Program-made: the position numbers and the translations under genes | Assembly: GCA_001695645.1 (NCBI GenBank) | Contig: LVZN01000023.1 | Coordinates: 30,001 to 62,000, forward strand | Direction: 5' to 3' | DNA: 32,000 nucleotides | DNA from: Erysipelotrichaceae bacterium MTC7 | GTDB lineage: Bacteria > Bacillota_I > Bacilli_A > Erysipelotrichales > Erysipelotrichaceae | Part shown: positions 8,550 to 16,381 of the stretch, in pieces | Position numbering within the stretch: the stretch's first letter is position 1 | Layout: every line of letters starts with the position of its first letter | The notes under the pieces: model-generated | Told to the model about the DNA's origin: nothing | The model's input: only the letters and a program-made list of their open reading frames with translations | Databases searched by the model: none

Positions 8550-9306
8550 TGGAGATGTCACCTCCTAATAAGGTAACGACTTCAATGATTTGATCAAAGA
8601 ATTGTTTACGACTTTGTTCTCCTTTGTAAATTTCATTGAAGATTTTTCCATCTTTAATAAATAAAATACGGTCACAATAACTAGCAGTAAACGTGTCGTG
8701 TGTAACTAGTAAAATCGTACTATTGTACGCTTTGTTTAGTTTTTCTAAGGATTCCAGTAACATCCGACTGGCTTTACTATCTAGTGCTCCAGTTGGTTCA
8801 TCTGCCAAAATCAAGCTTGGATTATGCACCAGGGCACGTGCAGCAGCCACACGTTGACGTTGTCCTCCTGACATTTGGTATGGATATTTGGATAAGACTT
8901 CTTCAATATCCAATTTCTTAGCGACATCTTTGACCTTTGCATCAATTTTCTTTGGATTTACTTTTTGAATGGTTAAAGCCAAAGCAATGTTTTCAAAGGC
9001 CGTAAGGGTATCAAGTAAGTTAAAGTCTTGGAAAATGAAGCCCAACTGTTCGCGACGAAACTTACTAAGTTTTTGTTTTTTTAATTCGGTAATGTTGGTA
9101 TCGTCGATGTGGATGTTTCCACTAGTTACCTTATCGATGGTAGATACACAGTTAAGCAGGGTTGTTTTTCCGGAACCACTTGGACCCATAATCCCCACAA
9201 ATTCACCTTCATGAATACCAAAACTAATGCCATCAAGTGCCTTTGTCAGGTTGTCCTTATTTCCATAATATTTCTCAATGTTTTGCACATGTAATACTTC
9301 TTTCAT
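8539..9306 (-). CDS. BceA-type ABC transporter ATP-binding protein
   Basis: Walker A GPSGSGKTT, Q-loop, ABC signature MSGGQRQR, Walker B LILADEPTGALD and the H-loop VTHD are all present. GAGGAGGAAG lies upstream of the ATG. Confidence 0.93.
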   Translation of the reverse strand: MKEVLHVQNIEKYYGNKDNLTKALDGISFGIHEGEFVGIMGPSGSGKTTLLNCVSTIDKVTSGNIHIDDTNITELKKQKLSKFRREQLGFIFQDFNLLDTLTAFENIALALTIQKVNPKKIDAKVKDVAKKLDIEEVLSKYPYQMSGGQRQRVAAARALVHNPSLILADEPTGALDSKASRMLLESLEKLNKAYNSTILLVTHDTFTASYCDRILFIKDGKIFNEIYKGEQSRKQFFDQIIEVVTLLGGDISNVL

Positions 9307-9349
9307 AAACTTCCTCCTCGTATGCCTTTATCCTATCCCATCTACAAAA

Positions 9350-9394
9350 AGTATACACGCTTTCTAACTTACAGTTACCTTACAGTTTTGTAAG
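9350..9394 (-). promoter_or_regulatory. Candidate response-regulator-dependent promoter of the ABC operon: two AACTGTAAG direct repeats at 11-bp spacing plus a TATACT -10
   Basis: On the + strand CTTACAGTT occurs at 9368-9376 and again at 9379-9387, exactly one helical turn apart. The second copy also forms CTTACA-N4-TGTAAG. A -10 TATACT (revcomp of 9350-9355) follows with a poor -35, which suggests activator dependence. Confidence 0.5.
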
Positions 9395-9417
9395 AAAAAA
9401 AGATGCAAGTGCACCTT
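9394..9417 (-). terminator. Rho-independent terminator separating the RR/HK/small-ORF unit from the ABC transporter operon
   Basis: On the minus strand AAGGTGC-ACTT-GCATCTT forms a 7-bp stem with one G-U pair, followed by TTTTTT. It starts immediately after the 70-aa ORF stop at 9418. Confidence 0.55.
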
Positions 9418-9630
9418 CTATAACGGTTCGTGGCGGTCAATATCACCAATCATATGTTTGGTAATGACAACTTTACCATGACTATCTAATAGGGGTGTAA
9501 TGCCTGCACCTTGTTGTGTCTCAATCACTAAATAATTAACACCCGTGACTTGGTCTTCAATCACATAGGATGTCACCTGTTTCTCTTCTTGATGCACACG
9601 GATAAATCGTGGTTCTCTTTTACTATCCAT
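9418..9630 (-). CDS. Small soluble hypothetical protein (70 aa)
   Basis: AGGAGG lies 4 nt upstream of the ATG, and the ORF is coupled to the preceding ORF's stop. The motif TGVNYLV...GAGITPLLDSHGK resembles a small conserved Firmicute family (DUF6440-like from memory, unverified). Confidence 0.7.
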   Translation of the reverse strand: MDSKREPRFIRVHQEEKQVTSYVIEDQVTGVNYLVIETQQGAGITPLLDSHGKVVITKHMIGDIDRHEPL

Positions 9631-9640
9631 TGTTCCTCCT

Positions 9641-9829
9641 CTAGTGAAAAATCATAAAATAAATCACATAGGCCCAACTAAGTAAGCCATGAATGATTGC
9701 CCAGCCTACACTATGCCATGTAGTGTAGCTAATCACCATTGCAAGTGCACTACCAAAGGTTAACCCTTGTTTGATACTGCGATTCACAATCGTTGTTTGG
9801 TTGTCCTTACGTTTTTGATATTCTGCCAT
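9641..9829 (-). CDS. Small two-TM membrane protein (62 aa)
   Basis: AAGGAG lies 6 nt upstream of the ATG. There are two hydrophobic segments: LTFGSALAMVISYTTW and VGWAIIHGLLSWAYVIYFMIF. The start is 15 nt from the HK stop. Confidence 0.7.
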   Translation of the reverse strand: MAEYQKRKDNQTTIVNRSIKQGLTFGSALAMVISYTTWHSVGWAIIHGLLSWAYVIYFMIFH

Positions 9830-9843
9830 ATGTTGCTCCTTTT

Positions 9844-10860
9844 TTATGAGACTAGTTGTTTATAAAAGCGAGTGTTCGGAATACTTAACGTTACCGATGT
9901 GCCCTTACCTAATTGACTATCCACTTGGAGTTGAATGTAAAGTTTATCGCACAAAGCTTTGCACAAATACAAACCCATCCCGGTGGCCTTCTTTTCTAAG
10001 CGCCCATTTTCACCAGTAAACCCACGATTGTAGATGCGTGGTAGATCTTTGGGATCAATACCAATTCCATGATCACGAATACTCACTTCGATATGTTCTT
10101 CATGCTTTTTTGCATAGATTTCAATCTTGCCATAATCATTTGTATATTTTAATGCGTTATCAAGTATTTGATGCAAGATAAACTCCAACCACTTACTATC
10201 CATGGTGATCTTACAATCGCAATCCTGAATCGTTAACTTGATATGCTTTGCGATAAAGCGTTGCTTTAAACGACGCACAGCAGCATTCACACTATCACTA
10301 AGATTCATATCCTTTAAGACATAATCCTGCTGAGGATCACTACTTTTGGCGTAGTATAGCGCTTGTTCAATGTAATCATCCATGCGATCCATTTCGATTG
10401 CCAACTCTTTACTAATAAGACTTGGATGATTGGTATTCATCAGTTTTGCTGCAGTTAATGGACTTTTGATTTCATGAATCCACATCTCCACATATTCCTT
10501 ATAATCTGCTTCCCGCTTTGCATATTGTGCAAGCCGGTCATTGTAATCTTTATTTACAACTTCTAAGGTTTGGTAAAAGATTTGTCCTTCCTCAAAACTT
10601 GGAACTTCTAAGACTTCATGCAACAAACTCTTTTGGTCCAAACGCTCCAATTGCTGTTGCACATTGTGGTAAAAGTTTTGTTTGCGTCGATATTCGATCA
10701 CCAAAAAAGCAAGAATAAACAGCCACAAACTTACCATAAAAAATACGATGGTGTCAACATTTACGCCAGAAGCGATCATAAAGAACACTTGCAATGCGCT
10801 TAACAAAATACCAAACAATAGGACATACAAATGCTCTTTTACATAGGTAGATTTACGCAT
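9844..10860 (-). CDS. BceS-type intramembrane-sensing histidine kinase
   Basis: Two N-terminal TM helices are joined by a loop of only about 7 residues, with no extracellular sensor domain. H-box HEIKSPLTAA, N-box LDNALKYT, G1 DHGIGI and G2 GMGLYL are present. ATG 10860 overlaps the RR stop by 8 nt (ATGCGTAA). The tracked start at 10893 is probably an extension. Confidence 0.9.
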   Translation of the reverse strand: MRKSTYVKEHLYVLLFGILLSALQVFFMIASGVNVDTIVFFMVSLWLFILAFLVIEYRRKQNFYHNVQQQLERLDQKSLLHEVLEVPSFEEGQIFYQTLEVVNKDYNDRLAQYAKREADYKEYVEMWIHEIKSPLTAAKLMNTNHPSLISKELAIEMDRMDDYIEQALYYAKSSDPQQDYVLKDMNLSDSVNAAVRRLKQRFIAKHIKLTIQDCDCKITMDSKWLEFILHQILDNALKYTNDYGKIEIYAKKHEEHIEVSIRDHGIGIDPKDLPRIYNRGFTGENGRLEKKATGMGLYLCKALCDKLYIQLQVDSQLGKGTSVTLSIPNTRFYKQLVS

Positions 10861-11524
10861 GAATGATATACCCCATACCACGTTTGGTTTCAATAAAATC
10901 GGCCAAGTTTAGATATGCCAGTTTTTTACGCAAACGATTCATATTTACCGTAAGTGCATTATCATCCACAAACATATCACTATCCCACATCTCTGACATC
11001 AATTCATCACGTGAAACGATGTTGTTTTTATGTTTGAATAAGGTTGTTAAAATACGTAGTTCATTTTTGGTCAATTCAATACTTTCATCTTGATAAGTCA
11101 GTGTACTTTTCGCCACGTCAAGTAATACATCACGCACATAGAGTTTACTACCTTGATCACCTTCATAACTACGATTCAAAATACGCTCCATGCGTGCCAA
11201 CAAGATTTGCAAATTGTACGGTTTGGTAATAAAGTCATCTGCACCCATGTGCATGCTCATCAATTCATCCAAATCCGTATTGCGACTTGTCACAATAATC
11301 AATGGAACATTGCTTTGCTTGCGCACTTCTTTGGCCACATGATTTCCATCGACCCCAGGCAAATTCAAATCCAACAATACCAAATGTGGATGTAGATTTA
11401 CAACTTGCTTGCTTACCTCATGAAAATCAGTGATGGTGATTACCTCATATCCATTCGTTTTTAAAAAGGTTGAAAGTTCATCACGAATATTCTTTTCATC
11501 CTCAACAATTAAGATCGTATACAT
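10853..11524 (-). CDS. OmpR/PhoB-family (BceR-like) response regulator
   Basis: The receiver domain starts MYTILIVEDE and carries LLDLNLPGVDG and ITKP. The C-terminal winged helix reads LTKNELRILT...LTVNMNRLRKKL. Upstream in-frame ATGs at 11539 and 11572 would add a non-conserved extension. Confidence 0.9.
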   Translation of the reverse strand: MYTILIVEDEKNIRDELSTFLKTNGYEVITITDFHEVSKQVVNLHPHLVLLDLNLPGVDGNHVAKEVRKQSNVPLIIVTSRNTDLDELMSMHMGADDFITKPYNLQILLARMERILNRSYEGDQGSKLYVRDVLLDVAKSTLTYQDESIELTKNELRILTTLFKHKNNIVSRDELMSEMWDSDMFVDDNALTVNMNRLRKKLAYLNLADFIETKRGMGYIIHA

Positions 11525-11635
11525 AAATTTATTATACATGAATTTCACGTATTTTACGATGCTCTTCCTCATACAAAAAAAGGATGTCAGTAATCAACTG
11601 AATCACATGATAACCTTATGGTTATATAGATGTAC

Positions 11636-14296
11636 TTATTCGAATTTACCAAGCACCTTCAATTTGGAGTCAATCATCTTTTGATTGGCATAGGCAAAAC
11701 ATTTTCCACGAGCTTTCAATAAGATTTTACGACCGTTTGCACTTCTTGTATATACAAGGTCACATCGTCCTAACATCCGCTTTACTTGATGCAAGAATAT
11801 TTCTGCATCTTGTTTACGCTTGGCAAATACTTCTGGCACAACAAAGTACTTGTTTAAAGCATTTTTATGACCTTTTCGTACGATGATGTATCGTTGATTT
11901 TCCACCAACGCAAAATACTCTTCCATACAAGTCGAAAATAAATGTTTATCTTTGGCGCTTCCACCTTCCAAGTACGCCATCATCGTGCTCGCTGCTTGTA
12001 CGTTCTTTACCCGTACATACTTACTTTCATGACTCACTAGATTCAGTTCCTCAAGCGCTGCTAGCATTGCTTGTCCCACTTTCTTGACGGTATGTTGTGG
12101 AGTCACGTAGGCAAATAGACGTGACAACCCCCAATCTAAAAGAAAGATAAGAACGATAGCTACAAGAAGTATGCCAATCGCGGTAAATGGGGTGACTGGC
12201 ATGGTTTGATAAAACAGTCTTTGGGCGGCCTGAATTGCAATCGTTGTGATGACCATACACATGACAAACATCCAGTAATTGGTAAACACATAGTTCTTTT
12301 TCAATAGTTCTACATCAAGTTCAACCACATCTTCGATTGGGACTTGTTGGTTCACACAAACAAGCGCTTCATTCCATCGTTCATGCAACTCCTTGCGTTT
12401 TCTAGCTGCTTCTAGCATTTGTTTGTTGATCTTTGCAACTGTTTTTTCATCAAGTGTATCACCTACATCTTGAATATAACTTAGTCTTGCAAAACCACTT
12501 TCGATCACCGGCTTTGTATAATGGACACCCAAAAATGTCTTGAACCGTCGTTTCAGTGTCTGTAGATCAATGGAATGAAAAGGATCATAGAGAATGTCTT
12601 GTTTGTTCATTTTTGGTTCGATGCAAACCAAATGCCAAATATTACTCACTTTATTTGGATCACTCATGGATTTTCGAATGGCACGACCGCGCATCTGATT
12701 GCTTAATACAAACGAACCTACAAAGGATGCCAAAATCAAAGAATTGATACTAGGGGAATCCCAACCTTCACCAAGCAAGGCTTTTGTGCCTATCAATGCT
12801 TGAATTTGTCCGTTTTCAAAAGCTAAGGTTACTTGTTTTACAAGTGTGCCACTTTCCGCATTACTTTCTAGTAAGACATAGTCATCCACTGGTAACTTTA
12901 CAGTCTGTGAGGTGTATCCCAGTTCACGTAAACGTTCGCAAATAGAACTTGCAACAGCAACCGGTAAAATGATGACTGTTCCACTGAGTACAGCAAGCTT
13001 CATTTGTACAGATTGACTGCGAAGCGTTTCAAAAATGGTGATAGTCCCGACACTTTGACTCATCTTACCTGTACCAAGTAAATCTAACGCCTCTTTCTTG
13101 ATAAAGTCACAAAGAATCAACATGCGCAAATTTTCTTTCATGTTGTCATATTCAGCCAATGCAATCGTTTTGATGCTTTCTAGTTTTCCTTTGCTATTGA
13201 TTAACAGTTTATCGATGCGTTCATTGGTAATCATTTTGACTTGCTTACGCTGGATACATCCATATTTTTTTAGAATTTGACGCAAAACTTCAATTTCGTT
13301 GTTTTTATTAACAAAACGATCTGTATCATCATACAAGATACCTTGCATCAAAATTTCTAAATGTTTCACTGACAATGTCGGTAAGTTTCCTTTTTTGACA
13401 GACAATACTTGGTTGAGTTGGCTTGGATAAACGATTTGTTTTTCCTGCATGTACATCATTAATGCATACAAATAGGCTGGTTGTTCAAGCAGTCGATCCA
13501 AACATTCATTTGGATTTTTTAACACTTGATGGCTCGAAACAAGATCGTACAGCTGTTTAGAATCCATTAACTCTTGCTGACAAAGTAAAACTTGTTCCTT
13601 GTATTCTTTGATGGCTAATTTTTCCTCTTTGGTTGGCCAGTTGAAGTACACGTAATCTTGGTGCGGACATAGACTTTCTTCCTTGACCAATTCAGGTGTA
13701 AAGATTTCTTCATCAATTGGTCCACACAAATCAATGTATCGCTTCCATTCATTTGGGTTTGCATCATATGGTGGAGTTGCGGTAAGCGAGATTAAGCGAA
13801 TACCTTCCAGTTGTCCAAGAATTTGTTCAAGCACTTTCACCCATTCATTACGCATATGGTGTGCCTCATCTAAACAAATCACCTTTACATGTTGCGCTTT
13901 CAAATAGGCGACCACATCAATCGAATCAAGTGCATCATCACTTGCCTGTTTGGTATACATGCTATGCAAAGCTTGATAGGTAATTGCGGTGATTGGCTTA
14001 TAGTCGAGTAGACTGTTGGATAGATAGGTTTTTGCTTGAACTGTTTTACACAAAAAAGCATCCTGTATGCGAGCTAACCACTGTTCGCGTATCGTGATGC
14101 TAGGTGTTAATATGAGACAGTTTGCGCCCAATTGTCGAATCATTTCAATGCCTACAGTTGTTTTACCTGACCCCGGTGCAGCAACAATATGTATTTTTTC
14201 ATCAGCTTTGTGTTGGTCAAAGTTATCCAACACACGTTTTTGATACAATCTCCACGTACCCCTAAATTTCAAGACATTATCAAATTGATTCATCAT
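11636..14296 (-). CDS. SF2 DEAH-box helicase with predicted two-helix membrane hairpin and uncharacterised C-terminal domain
   Basis: 886 aa. Walker A AAPGSGKT (14159-14182), LDEAHH (13856-13873), SLTATP and motif VI QMRGRAIR are present. Hydrophobic segments lie at residues about 670-692 and 702-723 (nt about 12128-12289). GAGGG sits 5 nt before the ATG. Confidence 0.9.
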   Translation of the reverse strand: MMNQFDNVLKFRGTWRLYQKRVLDNFDQHKADEKIHIVAAPGSGKTTVGIEMIRQLGANCLILTPSITIREQWLARIQDAFLCKTVQAKTYLSNSLLDYKPITAITYQALHSMYTKQASDDALDSIDVVAYLKAQHVKVICLDEAHHMRNEWVKVLEQILGQLEGIRLISLTATPPYDANPNEWKRYIDLCGPIDEEIFTPELVKEESLCPHQDYVYFNWPTKEEKLAIKEYKEQVLLCQQELMDSKQLYDLVSSHQVLKNPNECLDRLLEQPAYLYALMMYMQEKQIVYPSQLNQVLSVKKGNLPTLSVKHLEILMQGILYDDTDRFVNKNNEIEVLRQILKKYGCIQRKQVKMITNERIDKLLINSKGKLESIKTIALAEYDNMKENLRMLILCDFIKKEALDLLGTGKMSQSVGTITIFETLRSQSVQMKLAVLSGTVIILPVAVASSICERLRELGYTSQTVKLPVDDYVLLESNAESGTLVKQVTLAFENGQIQALIGTKALLGEGWDSPSINSLILASFVGSFVLSNQMRGRAIRKSMSDPNKVSNIWHLVCIEPKMNKQDILYDPFHSIDLQTLKRRFKTFLGVHYTKPVIESGFARLSYIQDVGDTLDEKTVAKINKQMLEAARKRKELHERWNEALVCVNQQVPIEDVVELDVELLKKNYVFTNYWMFVMCMVITTIAIQAAQRLFYQTMPVTPFTAIGILLVAIVLIFLLDWGLSRLFAYVTPQHTVKKVGQAMLAALEELNLVSHESKYVRVKNVQAASTMMAYLEGGSAKDKHLFSTCMEEYFALVENQRYIIVRKGHKNALNKYFVVPEVFAKRKQDAEIFLHQVKRMLGRCDLVYTRSANGRKILLKARGKCFAYANQKMIDSKLKVLGKFE

Positions 14297-14392
14297 ATTT
14301 TCCCTCTAATATAGGTAATATAGCACAAATCATCTACCACGTACATAACTCACTCACTATGATATGACGAGCATCTATATTTGCTTTCGTGT

Positions 14393-14448
14393 ATAAAAAA
14401 GATAGATGTTGATTATGTTACATGTAAAATAACTATCAAATCTATCTT
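14393..14448 (-). terminator. Terminator-like inverted repeat downstream of LRR adhesin gene 2
   Basis: AAGATAGAT (14399-14407) pairs with ATCTATCTT (14440-14448). The 32-nt loop contains the palindrome TTACATGTAA. A T-run follows on the minus strand. Confidence 0.4.
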
Positions 14449-14479
14449 CTATTTATCTAAAGTTTATCCTATGCGCTAC

Positions 14480-16258
14480 CTATTGTTTATGAAAGTTTCT
14501 TTTTCTCCACAAGATAAGGAAACCTACTAAAACTGATCCGCCAAATAACATAAGCAATCCCATCACATTTACTAAATCTCCAGTTGGAATCACCGTACTT
14601 GTGTTAGCTACTTCTCCGTTAAACACTGGTTTTACTTCAACTGCTTTTTCATCATTTGAAGAGTTTGTTTCTGGAAGGCTGATTGTATCTGAAATGGTAT
14701 CATCACTTGGTTTGCTTGCATCAGTTGGTTCATTGATGTCACTTGGTTGATCAACCTCTACAGCTTTCTCTTTAATTGTCCAAGTTAAATCTTTCGCATC
14801 AGATGTCCCATCTGACCACATGTAATTGTCAACATCCTTCAATTGAACTTTTCCTGTGTAAATTCCTGCATCACTCTTAAGCACATCTCCTACTAACTGC
14901 ATCGTTGAATCATCATGACCATCAAGAACTTCTGAAATGTGATGTTCTGTTCCATCGTGTTCAAGTTCACCATTAACTGTAGGGATGTTAATTACTTTTT
15001 TATTCACGTTAATATCCAACGTTGTTGTTTTCCCTTTATAGGTAATTGTTACTGCTTCATCCGATGCTTTAAGATTGTCCGATAAGTCAAAAGTAAAATC
15101 GCTTTGATTTTCGTTGTATGCGATGTCGTTTAGCATCTCAAATCCATCTTCTGCAACAGTGTATACTGTAATAACTAAATCTGTTGGATCATATGAATCA
15201 CCAAATTCATAATTAACTTTAGAGGGTGTATTCACAGTGATTGATTTGACTTCATAAGGAATCGCTCTCCAGTCAGTCGGAGTTTTCAAGAATGTTTCTG
15301 TGTTTGTTGCATTTTTAGGATAATAAACATTTACATTCGTCATATTAAATACATTTGCTCCCCATCTAGAAAGATCTGTTTCGATCAAGATGACATCATT
15401 CATGCTTGTGCACAATAAAAAAGCATAATCTCCGATCGTCGTTACCGTTCTATTATTTTCCAAACCTGTACTTAGTAATTTATAGCACTGTTGAAATGCA
15501 CTTTCTCCGACTGTTGTAACTGTCTTGTTTTTTTCTAAGCCTGTACTTACCAAACTAGTACAACCTGCAAATGCAGCATCACCAATTGCTGTTACTGTAT
15601 TGTTACTTTCCAACCCTGTACTTGTTAAGCCATCACAACCATCAAATGCATAATCTCCAATTGTTGTTACCATGTCGTTGCTTTCCAATCCCGTACTTGT
15701 TAAGCTATTACAAAATCGAAATGCATAATCTCCAATTGTTGTTACCTTGTCGTTACTTTCCAATCCCGTACTTGTTAAACTGGCACAAAGTGCATATGCA
15801 AGATTTCCAACCGTAGTCACTGTTGTGTTACTTTCCAACCCTGTACTTGTTAAGCTTTGACAGTAATTAAATGCATATTTACCAATTGATACTATATCAT
15901 AAGTATTGCCTTCGTATGTTACAGTATTAGGGATATATAAATCCCCACTTGCTGATCTAGCAATAGCAGCATCATTTCCAATCCCAGCCCCTATCTCCAC
16001 AGTTCCATTTTGACCGTCTTTAGGTTCTGTTAAAATTCTAAATGATGTTGCAACATAATTCCCTGCAACCTTAACCCCATCAACACCATCTTCAGTTTTA
16101 AAATACTCCCCACTTTGTAATGCTGCACGTGGCGTCACTTCGACTTCACTGTCCTTTACTTGCAAGCTTTCTGTTGCTGCTGGATCAGTAAATCCAGTTG
16201 TTGTAAGCATGATCACGATCATAAGACATATCATACTGTATTGTTTTATTTTCTTCAT
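14480..16258 (-). CDS. Cell-wall-anchored BspA-type leucine-rich-repeat surface protein (paralog 2)
   Basis: GGAGG lies 5 nt before ATG 16258 (MKKIKQYS...). The protein has a signal peptide and six 25-aa LRR units (SLTSTGLESNDKVTTIGDYAFRFC). It shares the Ig-like module NYEFGDSYDPTDLVIT with paralog 1. The C-terminus reads VIPTGD, then a hydrophobic helix, then WRKRNFHKQ. Confidence 0.85.
   Translation of the reverse strand: MKKIKQYSMICLMIVIMLTTTGFTDPAATESLQVKDSEVEVTPRAALQSGEYFKTEDGVDGVKVAGNYVATSFRILTEPKDGQNGTVEIGAGIGNDAAIARSASGDLYIPNTVTYEGNTYDIVSIGKYAFNYCQSLTSTGLESNTTVTTVGNLAYALCASLTSTGLESNDKVTTIGDYAFRFCNSLTSTGLESNDMVTTIGDYAFDGCDGLTSTGLESNNTVTAIGDAAFAGCTSLVSTGLEKNKTVTTVGESAFQQCYKLLSTGLENNRTVTTIGDYAFLLCTSMNDVILIETDLSRWGANVFNMTNVNVYYPKNATNTETFLKTPTDWRAIPYEVKSITVNTPSKVNYEFGDSYDPTDLVITVYTVAEDGFEMLNDIAYNENQSDFTFDLSDNLKASDEAVTITYKGKTTTLDINVNKKVINIPTVNGELEHDGTEHHISEVLDGHDDSTMQLVGDVLKSDAGIYTGKVQLKDVDNYMWSDGTSDAKDLTWTIKEKAVEVDQPSDINEPTDASKPSDDTISDTISLPETNSSNDEKAVEVKPVFNGEVANTSTVIPTGDLVNVMGLLMLFGGSVLVGFLILWRKRNFHKQ
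15371..15943 (-). repeat. In-frame tandem 75-bp LRR coding repeats, about 6-7 units
   Basis: CTTTCCAATCCCGTACTTGTTAA recurs at 15681 and 15756, exactly 75 bp apart. Degenerate copies lie on both sides. Confidence 0.8.
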
Positions 16259-16381
16259 ATTTTCCTCCATTTTTCTTCATTTATTTTATATTTCTATGCC
16301 GTTCCTTTTTGTACCCTTCACCTCCATAGCCACTTGGTTTATAAATAAGTATTCGTTTCTCCAAAAAGGTTGGGTACTTTT

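Noticed and set aside
10861-11572. N-terminal extensions offered by the ORF track (HK from 10893, RR from 11572, permease from GTG 8561, DUF488 from 29039, PBP from 28440, LRR2 from 16270)
   Set aside because: Internal ATGs give proper SD spacing, typical family N-termini and the usual stop/start overlaps. The extensions add non-conserved residues.
15371-15943. Regular 75-bp repeats (also 5280-5777), considered as a CRISPR-like or non-coding tandem array
   Set aside because: The period is exactly 25 codons, in frame within long ORFs, and encodes BspA-type LRR units. There are no unique spacers and no cas genes.
16271-16381. Shared GAACGG hexamer upstream of both LRR adhesin genes (here and around 6170-6180), considered as an ECF-type -35 (GGAAC)
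   Set aside because: Only six bases are shared. There is no conserved CGT-type -10 at 16-17 nt spacing, and the flanks do not align. This is insufficient to call a promoter motif.
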